A stretch of DNA of 62,075 bases, counting the filler, from Sphacelaria rigidula (taxonomy: Eukaryota): NCBI GenBank assembly GCA_964200075.2. It is 11 parts of 11 records of this genome, joined end to end, with 100 filler letters (N's around TTAATTAATTAA, not from the genome) between each part and the next. Parts side by side here need not be neighbours in the genome. Positions count along the whole stretch, not along the records: positions 22,613 to 28,164 come from CAXNAA020026387.1; positions 28,265 to 33,816 come from CAXNAA020026388.1; positions 33,917 to 39,468 come from CAXNAA020026389.1; 8 more parts are not named here. The stretch is one strand, 5' to 3'. Position 1 is the stretch's first letter; every line of letters starts with the position of its first letter. Below are positions 24,385 through 36,690 of the stretch, piece after piece. Below the pieces are notes generated by a model that worked only from the letters and a program-made list of their open reading frames with translations, did not search any database and was not told the DNA's origin. Position numbers and translations under genes: made by a program.

Positions 24385-26155
24385 GTGGTTGGAAAAAGCA
24401 AGGGTTTGGACAATAGGTTGCTTTCGGTAATCACGTTCCGAGCTGAGCTAATCCAAAGCATTTTGGGCGGTTGACCACCTTTGAGAGGCACTCCTTGATG
24501 ACCTTACCGTGGTAAAACCACGGGCATGTTAGTAATTGTGGCATTTTCTACAATCAGATTTCGAGTATAGGACCGAGGCGAACAAGCAAGTACAGCATGT
24601 AGAAGTGAGTTGTATTGCGTAAACACGGAAAAGGTCCTCTTCTAGCGAATCGTCCTCGTTGTGTGTGGGATCGTGGGCTGAATTTGGATGGTGTCACCCC
24701 CTATGGGAAAGTACACCGAACACCTACATCAATTGGACTGGGAACTAGACCAGTTAATACTGTCTATTTCCACTGTAACTGGAGGTTAACCGCAAATGGC
24801 TACGAGAGCGCCAGTTGTTCAGTTTGTGTGGGGTTTTGTCGTGACCAAGTACTTTTATAACAGTTTTTATTATGGTGGATTTATAACAAAGAACACTGTA
24901 TATAATTAGATTGTACGATTGAAGTCTGCACTCTACAGTAATACAGGTACCACAAACTTCGTTGGTATCTGGTTGTTCTGCAGTTTTCCATCTATCGACC
25001 ATAGCGGGTGGGTCGACGGTTGGTCAGTCGTACGAGGAAAATGAAGTAATAAACAAGAAGCGTGACTTATTTATGGTGGGACGCTTGCTACGGAAGTGCC
25101 GAACGCCAAACCCCTTGTGCCCATTGCATGGTAAAGAGCGTTCTGGACATAATGCAGTACATGCACACTACAGTAGTCAGCGTCAGAAGTATGCGGAATT
25201 CGTAATTTCTTAGTTTCTCAAAATGTTTCCAAATTTGTTTCGCTTGCCACCGCTCATCACACTGACTGCTGGATGCCCAACAATGGGCATCTGGAGATAT
25301 TGTAATCCTCTTGACCAATATTGAAAAAAACAATACCTGCGATCAATATTGAGCGACTCACGGGCTTGACCGATCTTCGAGACTCCTGCAAACGTTCAAC
25401 CCCAGGTTCTGGCTTTTCGCATATTTTCGGTGGACCGACTCTATCCCGACCATATAAAAAAAACTCAGAGAAGTTTTTTTTGTAATTCCAATTATTAACT
25501 GCGCTCAAGCTGGAACACTATGTTTCTTGGATCATTCACGGTCAATAACACCCTTCTGATGAACGGGATCTTTACCCCGTATCGCTCCCACAACACCAAC
25601 TTGGGAATTGTGATTTGAGCACGGACTGCTTTTTTTCACAAAACTCTCGATGCTGGCACTTTCGAGTGCTCATGGAAAATGTCATGCCAAAACCCCCCGA
25701 AAACAGGCCATCCGCGGAAAGTGCTAGACTGAGGTCTGTGCAGTATAGGAGGGAAAGACGACCTCGATCGTTTTTGTGAAGAGTGGTATACGCATTCATT
25801 TACCTGAATATTCACCATTTCGTTGCGGAAGAGCAGGAAAACTGTTTTATTGGACCGAAAACGGCCAATCATAGACACCCTCCTGTAAAACGGGGTATGT
25901 GGTCCGTATCGCCCTGAAAACACGAACTCGGGCACCGCAATTTGAGCGCGGCCTACCCTTTTCCCCTAAATCTACCGGTGTTTGCATTTTTAAGTAGTTG
26001 TGAAGAATAGTACCCGAGGAAGCTCAAAAACAACAACTACGAATTATGAAGACTTCTGATGCTGACTTCTATACATCTCGAGGTGATGCAACAGATGTAT
26101 ACCTCTTCCGAAAAAGCAATAACAAAGGGTAACCCGCGATCACAAAATAGACAAA

Positions 26156-26537
26156 GCTGGTTGCCCCGGTGGCTCAGTTGGTAACACCGAAACCTCCTGA
26201 CGGTCGGGTCTTGGATTCGATTCCTGGAGCGATCTGGGACTTTTTCTCACACAATGCCGAACAGTGGAGAGCGACTATGTCATGGGTACACAAAAGTCGA
26301 TGAGGAATTCGACTGAACGGTCGATGAGGGAAAGGGACTGCTAAACCCCTCTCGCGATAAAAGTAACTACAAGCACCGCAGAAGAAAGGTGGGGTACTAA
26401 AAACAAATAAAAAATAAAAAGCTCCTGTGTTGACCTTCCTCCTGTGTGACCCCGGTTGGTGCGACCACATTTACCGAGAGGTGTAGACTGGCGCCCAGAA
26501 TAGATGGACGACGACACAACACAACACAACACACACA
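26156..26537 (+). mobile_element. tRNA-Arg(TCT)-derived SINE (family A) with (ACAAC)n tail
   Basis: A box TGGCTCAGTTGG, B box GGATTCGATTCC, body shared with 46918-47305, tail ACAACACAACACAAC. The TCT anticodon is read from the sister copies (CTTCTGA). Confidence 0.85.
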
Positions 26538-26864
26538 AGCGTTTTCTATTCAACGACAAGCGTGTTTTTCAGTCCGGACGTGGAGAATTTTGCGGCCTTG
26601 TCCCCGGGTACTGCCAGTCTTGGCTTACTTGTTCCCATCTTCCGCTCCCCATGGGAGCCTCTGCTGCTTCATACTACAGATGGATGATTTTCGAATCGCC
26701 CACCACGTTGAATGGCATTTTCGAGCAGTTCAAGCCTCTTAGCTGGTGAATGTGAGAGTGTTTACCTTTCGAACAACTATCCACGACTTTAGAGGAGGAA
26801 GTACGTCAAGCACGATGATTTTTGTGCTGTATAGACGTCACGGCACTGTTGGGCATGAGGCAAT

Positions 26865-27125
26865 ATCCCAGATCGTCCTGAGATTCGAACCCACGACCCA
26901 ACCGTCAGAAGGTGTCAACGTTACCAACTCAGCCACCAGAGCGACCGGCCGGAGTGTAGAGCGACTAACATATGTCGTGCGTACACAAAGTTCGACTTCA
27001 CGATCGACAAGGGGAGGGACCGCTGAACCCTTTTCTCGGTAAAAAAGAAGGCAAGCACCGCAGGAGCAAGATGTAGTGCTCAAAATAAATAGAAACAAAC
27101 TCCTGTGTTAGCCTTCCTATGTGCG
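26865..27125. mobile_element. Rearranged family A SINE: tRNA head on minus strand (about 26865-26950), body on plus strand (about 26955-27125)
   Basis: Head reverse complement GGTGGCTGAGTTGG...CTTCTGA...GGGTTCGAATC; body CAAGCACCGCAG...CTCCTGTGTT. Confidence 0.75.
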
Positions 27126-27849
27126 AAAAAAGTATATTCACTAATATATGAGAAAATAAGAAGCCACCCCACACCTACTCTTGTGACCTATCCCGCGTCG
27201 TTTCATTTATTCCGGAGCCCACATTTTCTACATCTGAGGCGTCAGACTAACTTGTATCGCAGCCAATCCCGAATCTGGCGGGACCTCGATTCGTGCCAAA
27301 ATGGGGGGACTCATGTTCGCGTGTACGCCTGAATGTGTCATGGTTTCACAAATTTGTTGAAATGTTCTGTACACGGAGGGTCATTTTCTGCACGAGTACT
27401 TGTCACAACGAAGCCGAAGAACAGGCAGGCAGTGAATCATCTTTCAAGAGCAGCGTCGTACCGTGGTACCCCAGGGTCTAATGCAGTGCAACACACTCCA
27501 CAATCACAGTACACGGTAATGCCGTGTGGTTATACATACCGATAGAGTCGATGTTTCGAAAACAGTGCACAGGGTGCGACAAGAGTTCACGAGTACAGTG
27601 CCATTCATCGCCCTTCAAGTCAGCGACAGAAGAGGGTTGGTACAGTACCGTCTGCTATGGTACACACAGGCAGTAGCGCAGTGCAGCATAAACGTTCACC
27701 ATCGCGCCAGGATACGGCGTCAACACTTCTTATCCGCTTGTCAAACCCCGTGCGAAGCACAGCTCTGCAAGCACAAACAGTTCAGTAGTGCAATGTTGCA
27801 CATACAGTTGACGAGCTGGGCCAGCCGAGAAGCCATTGTGCAGTTTGCA

Positions 27850-28122
27850 GGCAGATTATACGGCCAATACTTGGAGCTGGACCCTGAAATTTGGTATGGA
27901 CAATGAGTAGGGCATAATAAATAAAAGTGCTGGAGTACACATTTTTTTTTTTTCATGAGTGAGGGACATTTCACCGATATCTGAAAACTGATTATTGCCC
28001 TTAAATCATGGGAAAAAACAAAAAAAAGCCTTTCGTACGCCAGTAATTGTTTTCATTATGCCCTACTCATTGTTCTTCCAAATTTCAGGGTCCAACTCTA
28101 AGTATTGGCCGCATAATCGGCC
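27850..28122. mobile_element. MITE with about 70-bp TIRs (GGC..GCC termini)
   Basis: GGCCAATACTT...GGACCCTGAAATTTGG...CAATGAGTAGGGCATAAT is inverted at about 28050-28122. Confidence 0.8.
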
Positions 28123-28264
28123 GTTTAGTGACAGGGTCAGAAGAAATTCGGAACATTATTTTGCNNNNNNNNNNNNNNNNNNNNNNNNNNNNNNNNNNNN
28201 NNNNNNNNTTAATTAATTAANNNNNNNNNNNNNNNNNNNNNNNNNNNNNNNNNNNNNNNNNNNN

Positions 28265-28335
28265 GGGGAAAGCACTGTTTTAGGGTTGAACCTCATCTCG
28301 GAATTGAACCTGAATTCGCACAACTTGTTGTTAAC
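28265..28335 (-). repeat. Repeat terminus found at three contig ends (also 50715-50772 and 62005-62075 on the + strand)
   Basis: GAATT.AGGTT.AA.T.CGAGATGAGG.TCAA.CC.AAAAC(AGTGCTTTCCCC). Confidence 0.8.
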
Positions 28336-28569
28336 TATGGCTGGCATTTCCTTTCTCTGCACGTTCACTACGCCATGTTGCCATTTCAATTTTCATGTCT
28401 GTTTGTTTCAAATGGGTACATTCCCAACCATGCTGAGTAATGTCACGGTAGGGGTGCACTTTCAGTTCAAAGGTTTGCTGAGGCTGACACTAAGACCCAG
28501 ATACTTGTCATCGAGAGGCTCCTACAGCAAAGAGCCTGAAAACAAAATAGCGCACCCCTACCGTGGCAT

Positions 28570-30540
28570 TGCTCTGCTCTCAATGCTGTACTACTCGTCG
28601 TTTTTTTGAGAATCCATGTATTTTCTTAGCTACTGCCATCTGTACTGTTTCTAACCTCACTTTCTCCTTCCATGCCGTCCCTGCATACTCCAGCTTTCGT
28701 ACAACCACACTCATCAGAAGACAGATACCTCTTCATTCTAATATCTAGGTGCGAAAAATCTTGGGATCGCGTCCATCCTGCTTGTCTGTGCCTGACTCTT
28801 TCTGTTACGTCATTCTTGTATGCATCCCAAGAACACCTTTCTGAGATCTCTACGCCGAGGTAAGTAGATTGGCGTACGATCGGCAGGTCTTCTTCTCCCC
28901 ACTTCCATTTGAAACTCTACCGAATGTTTATCGTCTTCGTTACATACAAGTTTCGCGCATTTGTTTGCGTTCGCTGTCCCTCTTCATCTCCTACTGTATC
29001 GTAGCTAGCGCCTCCTGTATGTGCTTCTGCAATCCTCATGTCGTGTCTGATGCCCCCACGAAATTATCCGCGAACAACAACTCCGATAATGTATCTTCCC
29101 TCACCTTGAATCCTTGATTTGCTGCTTATATTGCTGTTTTCAGGCCACTAATACATACGTTGAATGAAGTGGGTGATAACATACGTCCTTGTGCAACTAC
29201 TTGTATATTTGCATGTATTGATATTTCCCCGTCTAGCAACATAGTACTTTTCGCACATTCTGTCATCTTCTTGAGTGTTTTCTGCAATTTTCCCATGATT
29301 CCAGATTCCCACAATTGTTCTACAGCTGAGTAATGCTACGATAGCGGGGGGGCCGTACTCAAGCGCGCGGGGGGGGGGTTGATTCCACGACAAAATGGGC
29401 TCAAAAGTGCGTCAAACGACCTAGAGTACTTGCGGTGCCCTTGTTCTTGAGTGAAAGCGGTGTCAAGCAGTATGAATGAGCATTATTGATCGGGAGCAAG
29501 CGCGTTCGAAAAAGCATTGGCTGCTTCCAACGGCGATTGGAGTGGAATTTCGTAGAAGAAAACGGCCCAGGATACTTCCCCCCTATCGCAGCATGACCCA
29601 GCTCATATCCCCATACTGTGTCGTACGCGTTTTGTACGTTTGGAAATAAACAGTACGTTGTTAGCCCGACGTCTTTTCTTCCTTGAACAATCTTACCTAA
29701 TATGTTAACATAGTCTACACAGCTACGATTCGGTCTAAAAACTGCTGCCTCTTGCTGACTTCTTCCTTTTCTTGCATCGTTCCCATTCTATGGTTCAGCA
29801 TATTACACAACGTTTTCTCAGCGGTGTTGAGTAGCGTTATCCCTCATCATTCCCTGAGTCAGCCTTGTCTGCTACTACTTCCTCTCCACCGCTTGGGTGT
29901 GTACTCTTCTTTCCATATCCAATGATACAGCATAACCATCATGGTAAGCGTTCCCTCTCCCCAGTACCTCAGAAATTCGTCCACTACTCCATCTGCCCCT
30001 GCTGCCATTCTGATCTCGAGTCTAGCTACACACTATTTTACGTCTTCTATTTTGAACTCCCCCTACAGTGTTTTGAAGCTACTATCTTCTTGTTTTGTGC
30101 CTCTATATTTGTGTTTGTCCACGCGTTGATTTCTTTCTCGAGAGTTCCGTGTCGAACCTCTCGTTAGTTTTGGTGTTTCTAGTTTACGGTAGTGTTCTAC
30201 TACTGTTTCTCTTTCCCCCAGCTCCTATTTTACCCTTCTGTCCTCACTTGGCTATCCCCTTGTGTATCCTTCCTGCCTGGCTTCTCATTACCCCATATAT
30301 CCCTGCAACTATTTGCCTCATCCCGCCATCAAAACCTTCGTTGTTTACTTCACTACATCTTCCGACAATCCTTTTTTACTTCATTTCGAGCATTGATATA
30401 CTCCTCCAACCCTACCATTGTTTTCATCGATATATATATATATATACACATATCCTGCGTTGGCCCCTATCCTTACTCTTACAGCCTATTTTACTTCCTC
30501 ATTCCACCATTATACTGCTCTGCTGCATACGATGAGTTTC
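28570..30540 (-). pseudogene. Decayed LINE ORF2 reverse transcriptase region (family L)
   Basis: Minus-strand motifs VQNAYDTVW, VAQGRMLSPTSFNV, LLFADNFVG, TYLGVEIS and LETVQMAVAKKIHGFS, the last overlapping the 22846-23790 copy in homology. Confidence 0.85.
29324..29603. mobile_element. MITE inserted in the LINE RT; related copy at about 33970-34200
   Basis: AGCTGAGTAATGCTACGATAGCGGGG / CCCCTATCGCAGCATGACCCAGCT; internal TTGAGTGAAAG...TGTCAA.CAGTA shared with 34040. Confidence 0.75.
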
Positions 30541-31132
30541 TTCCCTACCTTTTGTCCCGTCAGTAAAGGTCCTCATGGGGGTAAAATCATATCTCGCCAA
30601 TGGACTTTCCTACGATGCTAAAGTTAGATTTGCCGATAAGCTGATGATGCGGTGATGCTCCTGCAAAACAAAATACAGTTCCGACTAGGACTTACTAAGA
30701 ATTAGTGGGTCAGAAAGTGGGAACTTTGGCGGATTTTTAGGATGTTTTTTCATGTCGATGAGCGATAACGACTTCGGTGTTGAGCATACCGGGGTATCGG
30801 CGCGGCAGAAGGCAGGAACATTGGTAAGGGTGGTGAATATGATCATGGGGCCTTTACGAAGGCTTGAGACTATCTAGAATCAAGCCACAGAGACGGCGAG
30901 GACGCTTGACAAAAATATTTCTTTAGGTTCTCTTTTCGACACTTTTTTGCCCCTGAAAAGGGGGCGAAACACGGCTTTTTTTCGGCCGTTCACGCATGCA
31001 GGGTGGTGCGTGCATAAAAAACAAACACCGGTTCCGACTAAAAATACACCGAAGATTTCAGGAAAGTTACCGCCTACGGCGTCGGACACCATCAAGGGTC
31101 TGTGTAATCAGAAAACCTTCCCTTATGGGACA

Positions 31133-31576
31133 AACACGGGATCTTACAAATGGGGGATGGATCTTTTATTGGGAATGAGAAACCCGGAGGATTAAAACCT
31201 TCGTATCCACACCATATCTTCGAAATACGGTTCCATTTCGTCACCTACTAATAGCTATTGACAACTGCGACGCGCCATAGAAATTTGGATTTCGACCACC
31301 GAACTTTTGGGGTGCTAGGTGAAAAAACAATTTCGAAACCATTTTAGCGTCCGTTCGGACACCCGGAATTCCCCAAAATTGATTTTTCACCTAGCACCCC
31401 AACATTCCGGTGATCGAAATTCAAATTTCTATGGCGTGTAGCAGTTGTCAACATCTATCAGTAGGTGAAGAAATGGAACCATGTTTCGAAGGTTTGGTGT
31501 GGATACGAAGGTTTTAATTTTCCGGGTTTCTCATCCCCAAAAAAAAATCCATCCCCAATTTGTAAGATCCCGTGTT
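31133..31576. mobile_element. MITE with about 200-bp TIRs (AACACGGGATCTTACAAAT); related copy at about 61662-61995, lone end at about 50493
   Basis: 31133-31330 is a diverged reverse complement of 31380-31576. Confidence 0.88.
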
Positions 31577-32590
31577 GAAAGAGAAAGTATTGCTTTATTC
31601 GCTGTAATCTTGACCAACTTGTCTCCCATTTCTCTATAACCTTTGCGCCTGCCCGTCTGAAGGTTTTTTGGTGTTCGCCCCTGAGAAAGGAAGCCACACT
31701 ATACCCTTGTCCTGTGTGTCCTCACGATCAGAGGCTCGAGCCGTGTGTGCGCCTGCTGCAGGCAAAGATGTCACACGCGGCCAATCGGCTACCCTGTAGT
31801 GGAGTTTGGGAACGTCACCCAAGCTGACGTCCGTTTTGCAAGTCCCCTCCAGAGGATGTTGGGTATTCGCAATCCTCTGGAGGATTTCCAATGTTGGGGT
31901 CTTCCTCGAAGGTCTGTGTTGGTATCAAAATCGTCTGGATTGTTTTGAAAGGCACGCGTGCTACGGAAACCAGAATTTCAACAGCAAAGACTGTTCGAAA
32001 TGAATCCTTCATGCCCGATTGCAAATTTGGAATCGGGTATGAAGGATTAACTTGGAACAGCAGAGGCTTTACAAATTCCATATACACTACCGGCAGATGG
32101 ACTTTGTAAAGCAAATTTAAGCTGTTCGAGATAAACCCTCATTTTGCCCGCCAATTCATGCTGTAAATGGGCATGAGAAAGTTGTTTGCGAGCAGCCTCT
32201 GCTGTTCAAACCCCACATACCATACCGTAGTCAGCCGATGAAATTTGAGAGGCGGCAGAGGTTGTTGAAAATTCATCCTCTTGCCCCCCAATCAATATGT
32301 CAATTGGGCGAAGAGATCGAAATCTTCAACAGCCCTTCTTTGCTGTAACAAATCCCATACACTGGTTGTGAGTGTATGTCCACACGGCCGTGCTGTACAG
32401 CTACAGCTGGTGGGTATGTTGCGTAACAGGATTATACCTCGCTAATGTATACATACAGGTTCTGAAAACCCCGCAGTCCATGGTCTACAAGATGAAAACT
32501 AAAGCATTTTTTTCGGTGAAGAAAGCGAAAAATTCTAATCTCGGTTAATATACTGTACTTTGATGACGATATGACGATCACAACAATGAG

Positions 32591-33649
32591 CATGTGGTTG
32601 GTGCTGTATACTGGACTATACAATACCGTGCAGGACAGTACCATATCGTGCTTTTACACGTGCGGTGCAATACACTCCAGAGTCAGCGTGGCATATGCGC
32701 TACGTATGGCTATACAAACTGGATGCCTGTAACTTTGGGTACATGGGTGTCTTATATACCGTCAGCTACTGCAGCATACATCACAACGCACACGCAGCCA
32801 TTCGACTCCTGTTTGGAAATCCTCTCTCGTGATTTTCATCTTCTGGAGGGAAAATGGCCCTCCGGGGGATGAAATGTCCCCTCGTGGTTCATGATGCCCC
32901 TGGAGTGGACAGTATAGGAAGCCGCCAGAGGGGAAATGATTCCCTTGAGCATATAATCTTACTGAGGGTGCCTCTGGGGCAATTTGAGGAAACGATACTC
33001 TCCAGGGTGTAAATGTACCTCTGGAGTTCGCACTATACATCAAACCTCTGGACGACACTTGTGTCCTAAGTGTCTCCAGGGCACCTCTGGAACTCCAGTA
33101 ATCTTGTGGTGGTTTATCACCCGCCGCGTGCACAGATCGAACCATGCAAACCCCACAACACTTATTCCCAGCTACCACCACAACCCTGGGAAGAGCACGG
33201 GTGGGGCACAGGCACGGCGGTCGAACCACGCGGGGTACACAGGGGGCGGGGAATGACCGGCTTGCTGCCTACACACTCGAGTGATCATGAACAGTGTAGG
33301 CATACACAAAGCTGCGCACGCTGTTCAGGTTATTTTCACGTCGTACTGTGAACAGAAAACGTATATAGTCCTGGGCTGTCTGTACTGTACTTTGTCCGCT
33401 TCCTGTTCACGTCCTACTGACGGCAGTTGTGCGCATGCTGCAAGAACGCGCGTCTTAGTGTATACTACAGTAGCTGACGGTATATAACACCCCCATGGAC
33501 GCAAAGTTACAGGCATCCACTTTGTTTAGCCATCCGTAGCGCATATGCCACGCTAACTCTGCAGTGTTTTTCACCGTACGTGTATAAGCACGATACAGTA
33601 CTGTCCTGCACGGTATTGTATAGTCCAGTATACAGCACCAAACCGCGTG
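32591..33649. mobile_element. Non-autonomous element with about 185-bp TIRs and internal CTCCAG/CTCTGG motifs
   Basis: TGGTGCTGTATACTGGACTATACAATACCGTGCAGGACAGTAC... is inverted at 33459-33649. Confidence 0.85.
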
Positions 33650-33916
33650 CTTGACACTTTCTACGATATCCCCCCCCCAAAGGTGCATGATTTTGTGAGG
33701 CGAAATCTTCACGTAAATCGAAAGGGGGAAAGCCGAGCACAACGAAAAGCTGGGAATTCCCACGCTTGGGTTCGTTCTAGCCAATACCGCCAATATGAGG
33801 CGCTTCATGCCGCCTGNNNNNNNNNNNNNNNNNNNNNNNNNNNNNNNNNNNNNNNNNNNNTTAATTAATTAANNNNNNNNNNNNNNNNNNNNNNNNNNNN
33901 NNNNNNNNNNNNNNNN

Positions 33917-33968
33917 CTTGCCTTAGTCATTTGACCATTGACCACGCATCCCTTTCGAGACGGAGCAA
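33917..33968 (-). mobile_element. Family L LINE 3'-end fragment
   Basis: Reverse complement TGCTCCGTCTCGAAAGGGATGCGTGGTCAATGGTCAAATGACTAAGGCAAG matches 22865-22920. Confidence 0.8.
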
Positions 33969-34849
33969 GGGTGGGCGTTCACGAAAAGGCAGGATCATAG
34001 ATGTGTCAGACGACCTAACACCCGCGGTACGCTTGTATTTGAGTGAAAGGGTTGTCAAACAGTAGGAACGGGTGTTATTTATTGGTATCAAGCGCGTTCA
34101 CACAACCGTTGCTGCATTTAACGAAGCAAAAAGTGGAATTTTGTCGAAGAAATGACTCAATCCCCCCCCCCCGCCCCCTCCCCCTATCGTAGGATGCCTC
34201 CCCACACGATGTACCGATCTACCAGAGTACTCCGATTGATGCCCTCTTGGTGGAGTATACGTGATCGTACGACGTTGCGCTCTCCAGGAGTAGGAGAAGG
34301 AGTCAAACGCACTGACGCTCACGGGAGCTCGTGATTTGCCAAGTCTTTGCTCACAGCGATAATCATCACAAAATGACTCTCTTAAATTATGTATATTTTT
34401 AAGCTACTACAAGGGTATAACGCCGAAAGATAACGCCTGATTCGTGCGGTACAACACTTTAACGACCGAGTACCATACCAAATATAGAGCTATACACAAG
34501 TCGAAAGCTCGTATCACAGTGCCTCTGTGCAACAGAAGCGTATCGGGAACCGAACCCCCGCCATTGCGACATTGCCTTCTCACAGAAGAGATTTGTTCAC
34601 CACTTTGCTCTGTACAGAAGGTGCCCAACGGACTCAGAAAAGGGGATATGAGAAAATAGAAGGGGTGAAGCGGGGGCGTGAAGAAATGTTTGCTTAGTAC
34701 AAAGGCTCCCCACTGGGGTAGCAAGAAACAAATCAACTTGGTACCCATGCTGCGGACAAGTGACAATCATCCTCTCATCGGTGCACTTTGGATGCGCGGC
34801 CTTTCGACCACTTGGGTTCCTCCTCTGCTAACTGATCTGTGTTAGAGCT

Positions 34850-35750
34850 GTGTACGCTGCGTGCCATAAGGGCGACAACGACTACAGGGGACACTCTCGG
34901 TGTCTATCGCGGTGTAGAGCTGGGACCGACAGAAACAAGGACACGAAAGTACCGTCTCCGTAAATCTCTATCCTTCAGCTCTTTGGTTGGTCCCTGGTGT
35001 TTTGTGGGTCCGGGTGCACCGCACAACAAGCTCGCTCACAGGTTCCATCTCGATATGAAGAGCACACACGGATCAAGAGGCCGCATGAAGAAATTGGCAC
35101 CACAGAAATTCCTCGATGTATTGCGAAGGGTGACTGCCTATGGTCATACAATTAAGACGGATGTTCGGGGCTTTCCGACTCATGTTTTGTGTACACAAAC
35201 CGCGACATGGATTGGTAACAATAGACCCGCATCCAAGCTGTGGTGATCTGCCATCACCCTCGGAAATGGAGTCAGAGGGATAGCCGATCGCGACCCATGC
35301 ATCAAGACCCAGGCAATTCCACATCGGCAGAGGAACACAGACTTGGCACATGCATTGAACATGTCGACCCGAAGCCACGGGTCGTCATACCACGGGATCG
35401 TGAGCCGTGCACAAGTCCTGTGTGGGACATGTAGTGAACAGTGGTGGCAGCCAACAAGCCGTGGTATTCAGTATAGACTGATCGCGTGTGTGTCTAGTGT
35501 GCCTCTTGCTGTCAGCGGCGTGTTGCGCGTGTATAGGTAGGTCCCAACTTGCCGCTGTGGTGGACCACTACCACCTTCAACATTGTGCTAAACTTGCCCT
35601 ACCTCAACACTGGACATGCAGAATCGAGTGAATTTTCATCCCCGCGAACGTCGCCGAAGAATTTGGCAGCTTCGACGCAGTAGATCAAGATTATATACTT
35701 GGTACATGTAGGAGGTAGGCAACATTCCCCATGTCGGAGGTTGCGTGCCT
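34850..35750 (+). pseudogene. Possible very decayed pogo/DDE_1-type transposase
   Basis: LAAVVDHYHLQH...IFIPANVAEEFGSFD resembles the LLxxDxxxxH...FIPxxxTxxxQPLD core; many stops. Confidence 0.3.
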
Positions 35751-36164
35751 AGCATTTCTATTTCGGTAGTTTCAGGCCGTAACTCAATGGCTGGTTGGTT
35801 AACTATTCCGAGGTAAACCGACACCCTCCAAAGATGTCGAACATACATGCACAAGACACGTGAGTTCCTAGTCCAATGCAATTCCATTAGACTGTATCAA
35901 ACATCAACACACAAAATACAAGAACGTTGGGCATTTCATGTCTCTATTCACTTGCCTGTTGGTCCACGCGCATGTCATGCGATACGCTGAACAGCCGCGA
36001 TGATGACACCACTCTCTGGTGCCAAACGGGGGCGAGATCCGCGCTGCTGCGATCATGAGCGAATCGGCTAAATAGTAGGCTGGCGCATACGCACTTGATC
36101 GCGGATACGCCGTGTGCCTTTGCGAAAAAATGGGCCGGGTGGTGGTGGTGGGAAGGGCAGGGGC

Positions 36165-36690
36165 GGGGAGGGGGGCTACTTACGATCTTGCATGCCGCAG
36201 TGATTAGATCGTTGACCTCACATCCCTGCAAAGCCGGGACGGACCAAGCCGGGTTTTCGCCGGACCAGGCTCGCGATCAATCAACAAGCGCAGGACGCCA
36301 TGATGTGTTCGGCAAGTCGCATGAAGGATGAGCTGCATCCTGCTGATATTGTTTGGCCCGAAGCGTACTGATTATCTTGCATTTAAGCGACAGCGTCCGA
36401 TGAGTTGCTTCATTTTCTGGTATCGCCACCTCCGGGGATAGCCACGGGTTAGATACACTGCCTCATGGGTGTCCCACAATTTTAAATACTGCGCTGTACG
36501 ATCATCCTCTTTTCGCGGAATTGAGGTTCTCCCACTCTGCACGATATGGTTGTCGCAATAATAACCCAAGCGAGAAAAACAATCAGTAAGTAACCTGGTT
36601 GCCTAGCTTACGCAATGAGTGGCGTGTTCTACAGCATCGTTGCCAACCGACGCCGACCCTTTTGGGGGGGATGCCGGGGGGGGGGGGGGA
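36165..36690 (-). mobile_element. Near full-length SINE-like family C copy (about 520 bp)
   Basis: Colinear with 60075-60592; G-runs on the + strand at both ends. Confidence 0.85.

Noticed and set aside
25088..25333. BED zinc finger (IWKHF)
   Set aside because: The required downstream CxxC and His spacing is not convincing.
26156..26235. Functional tRNA genes (also 26865-26950, 45522-45600, 47225-47305 and 54650-54733)
   Set aside because: A and B boxes are present, but acceptor stems do not close and each head is fused to a repeated body or tail, so they are SINE heads.
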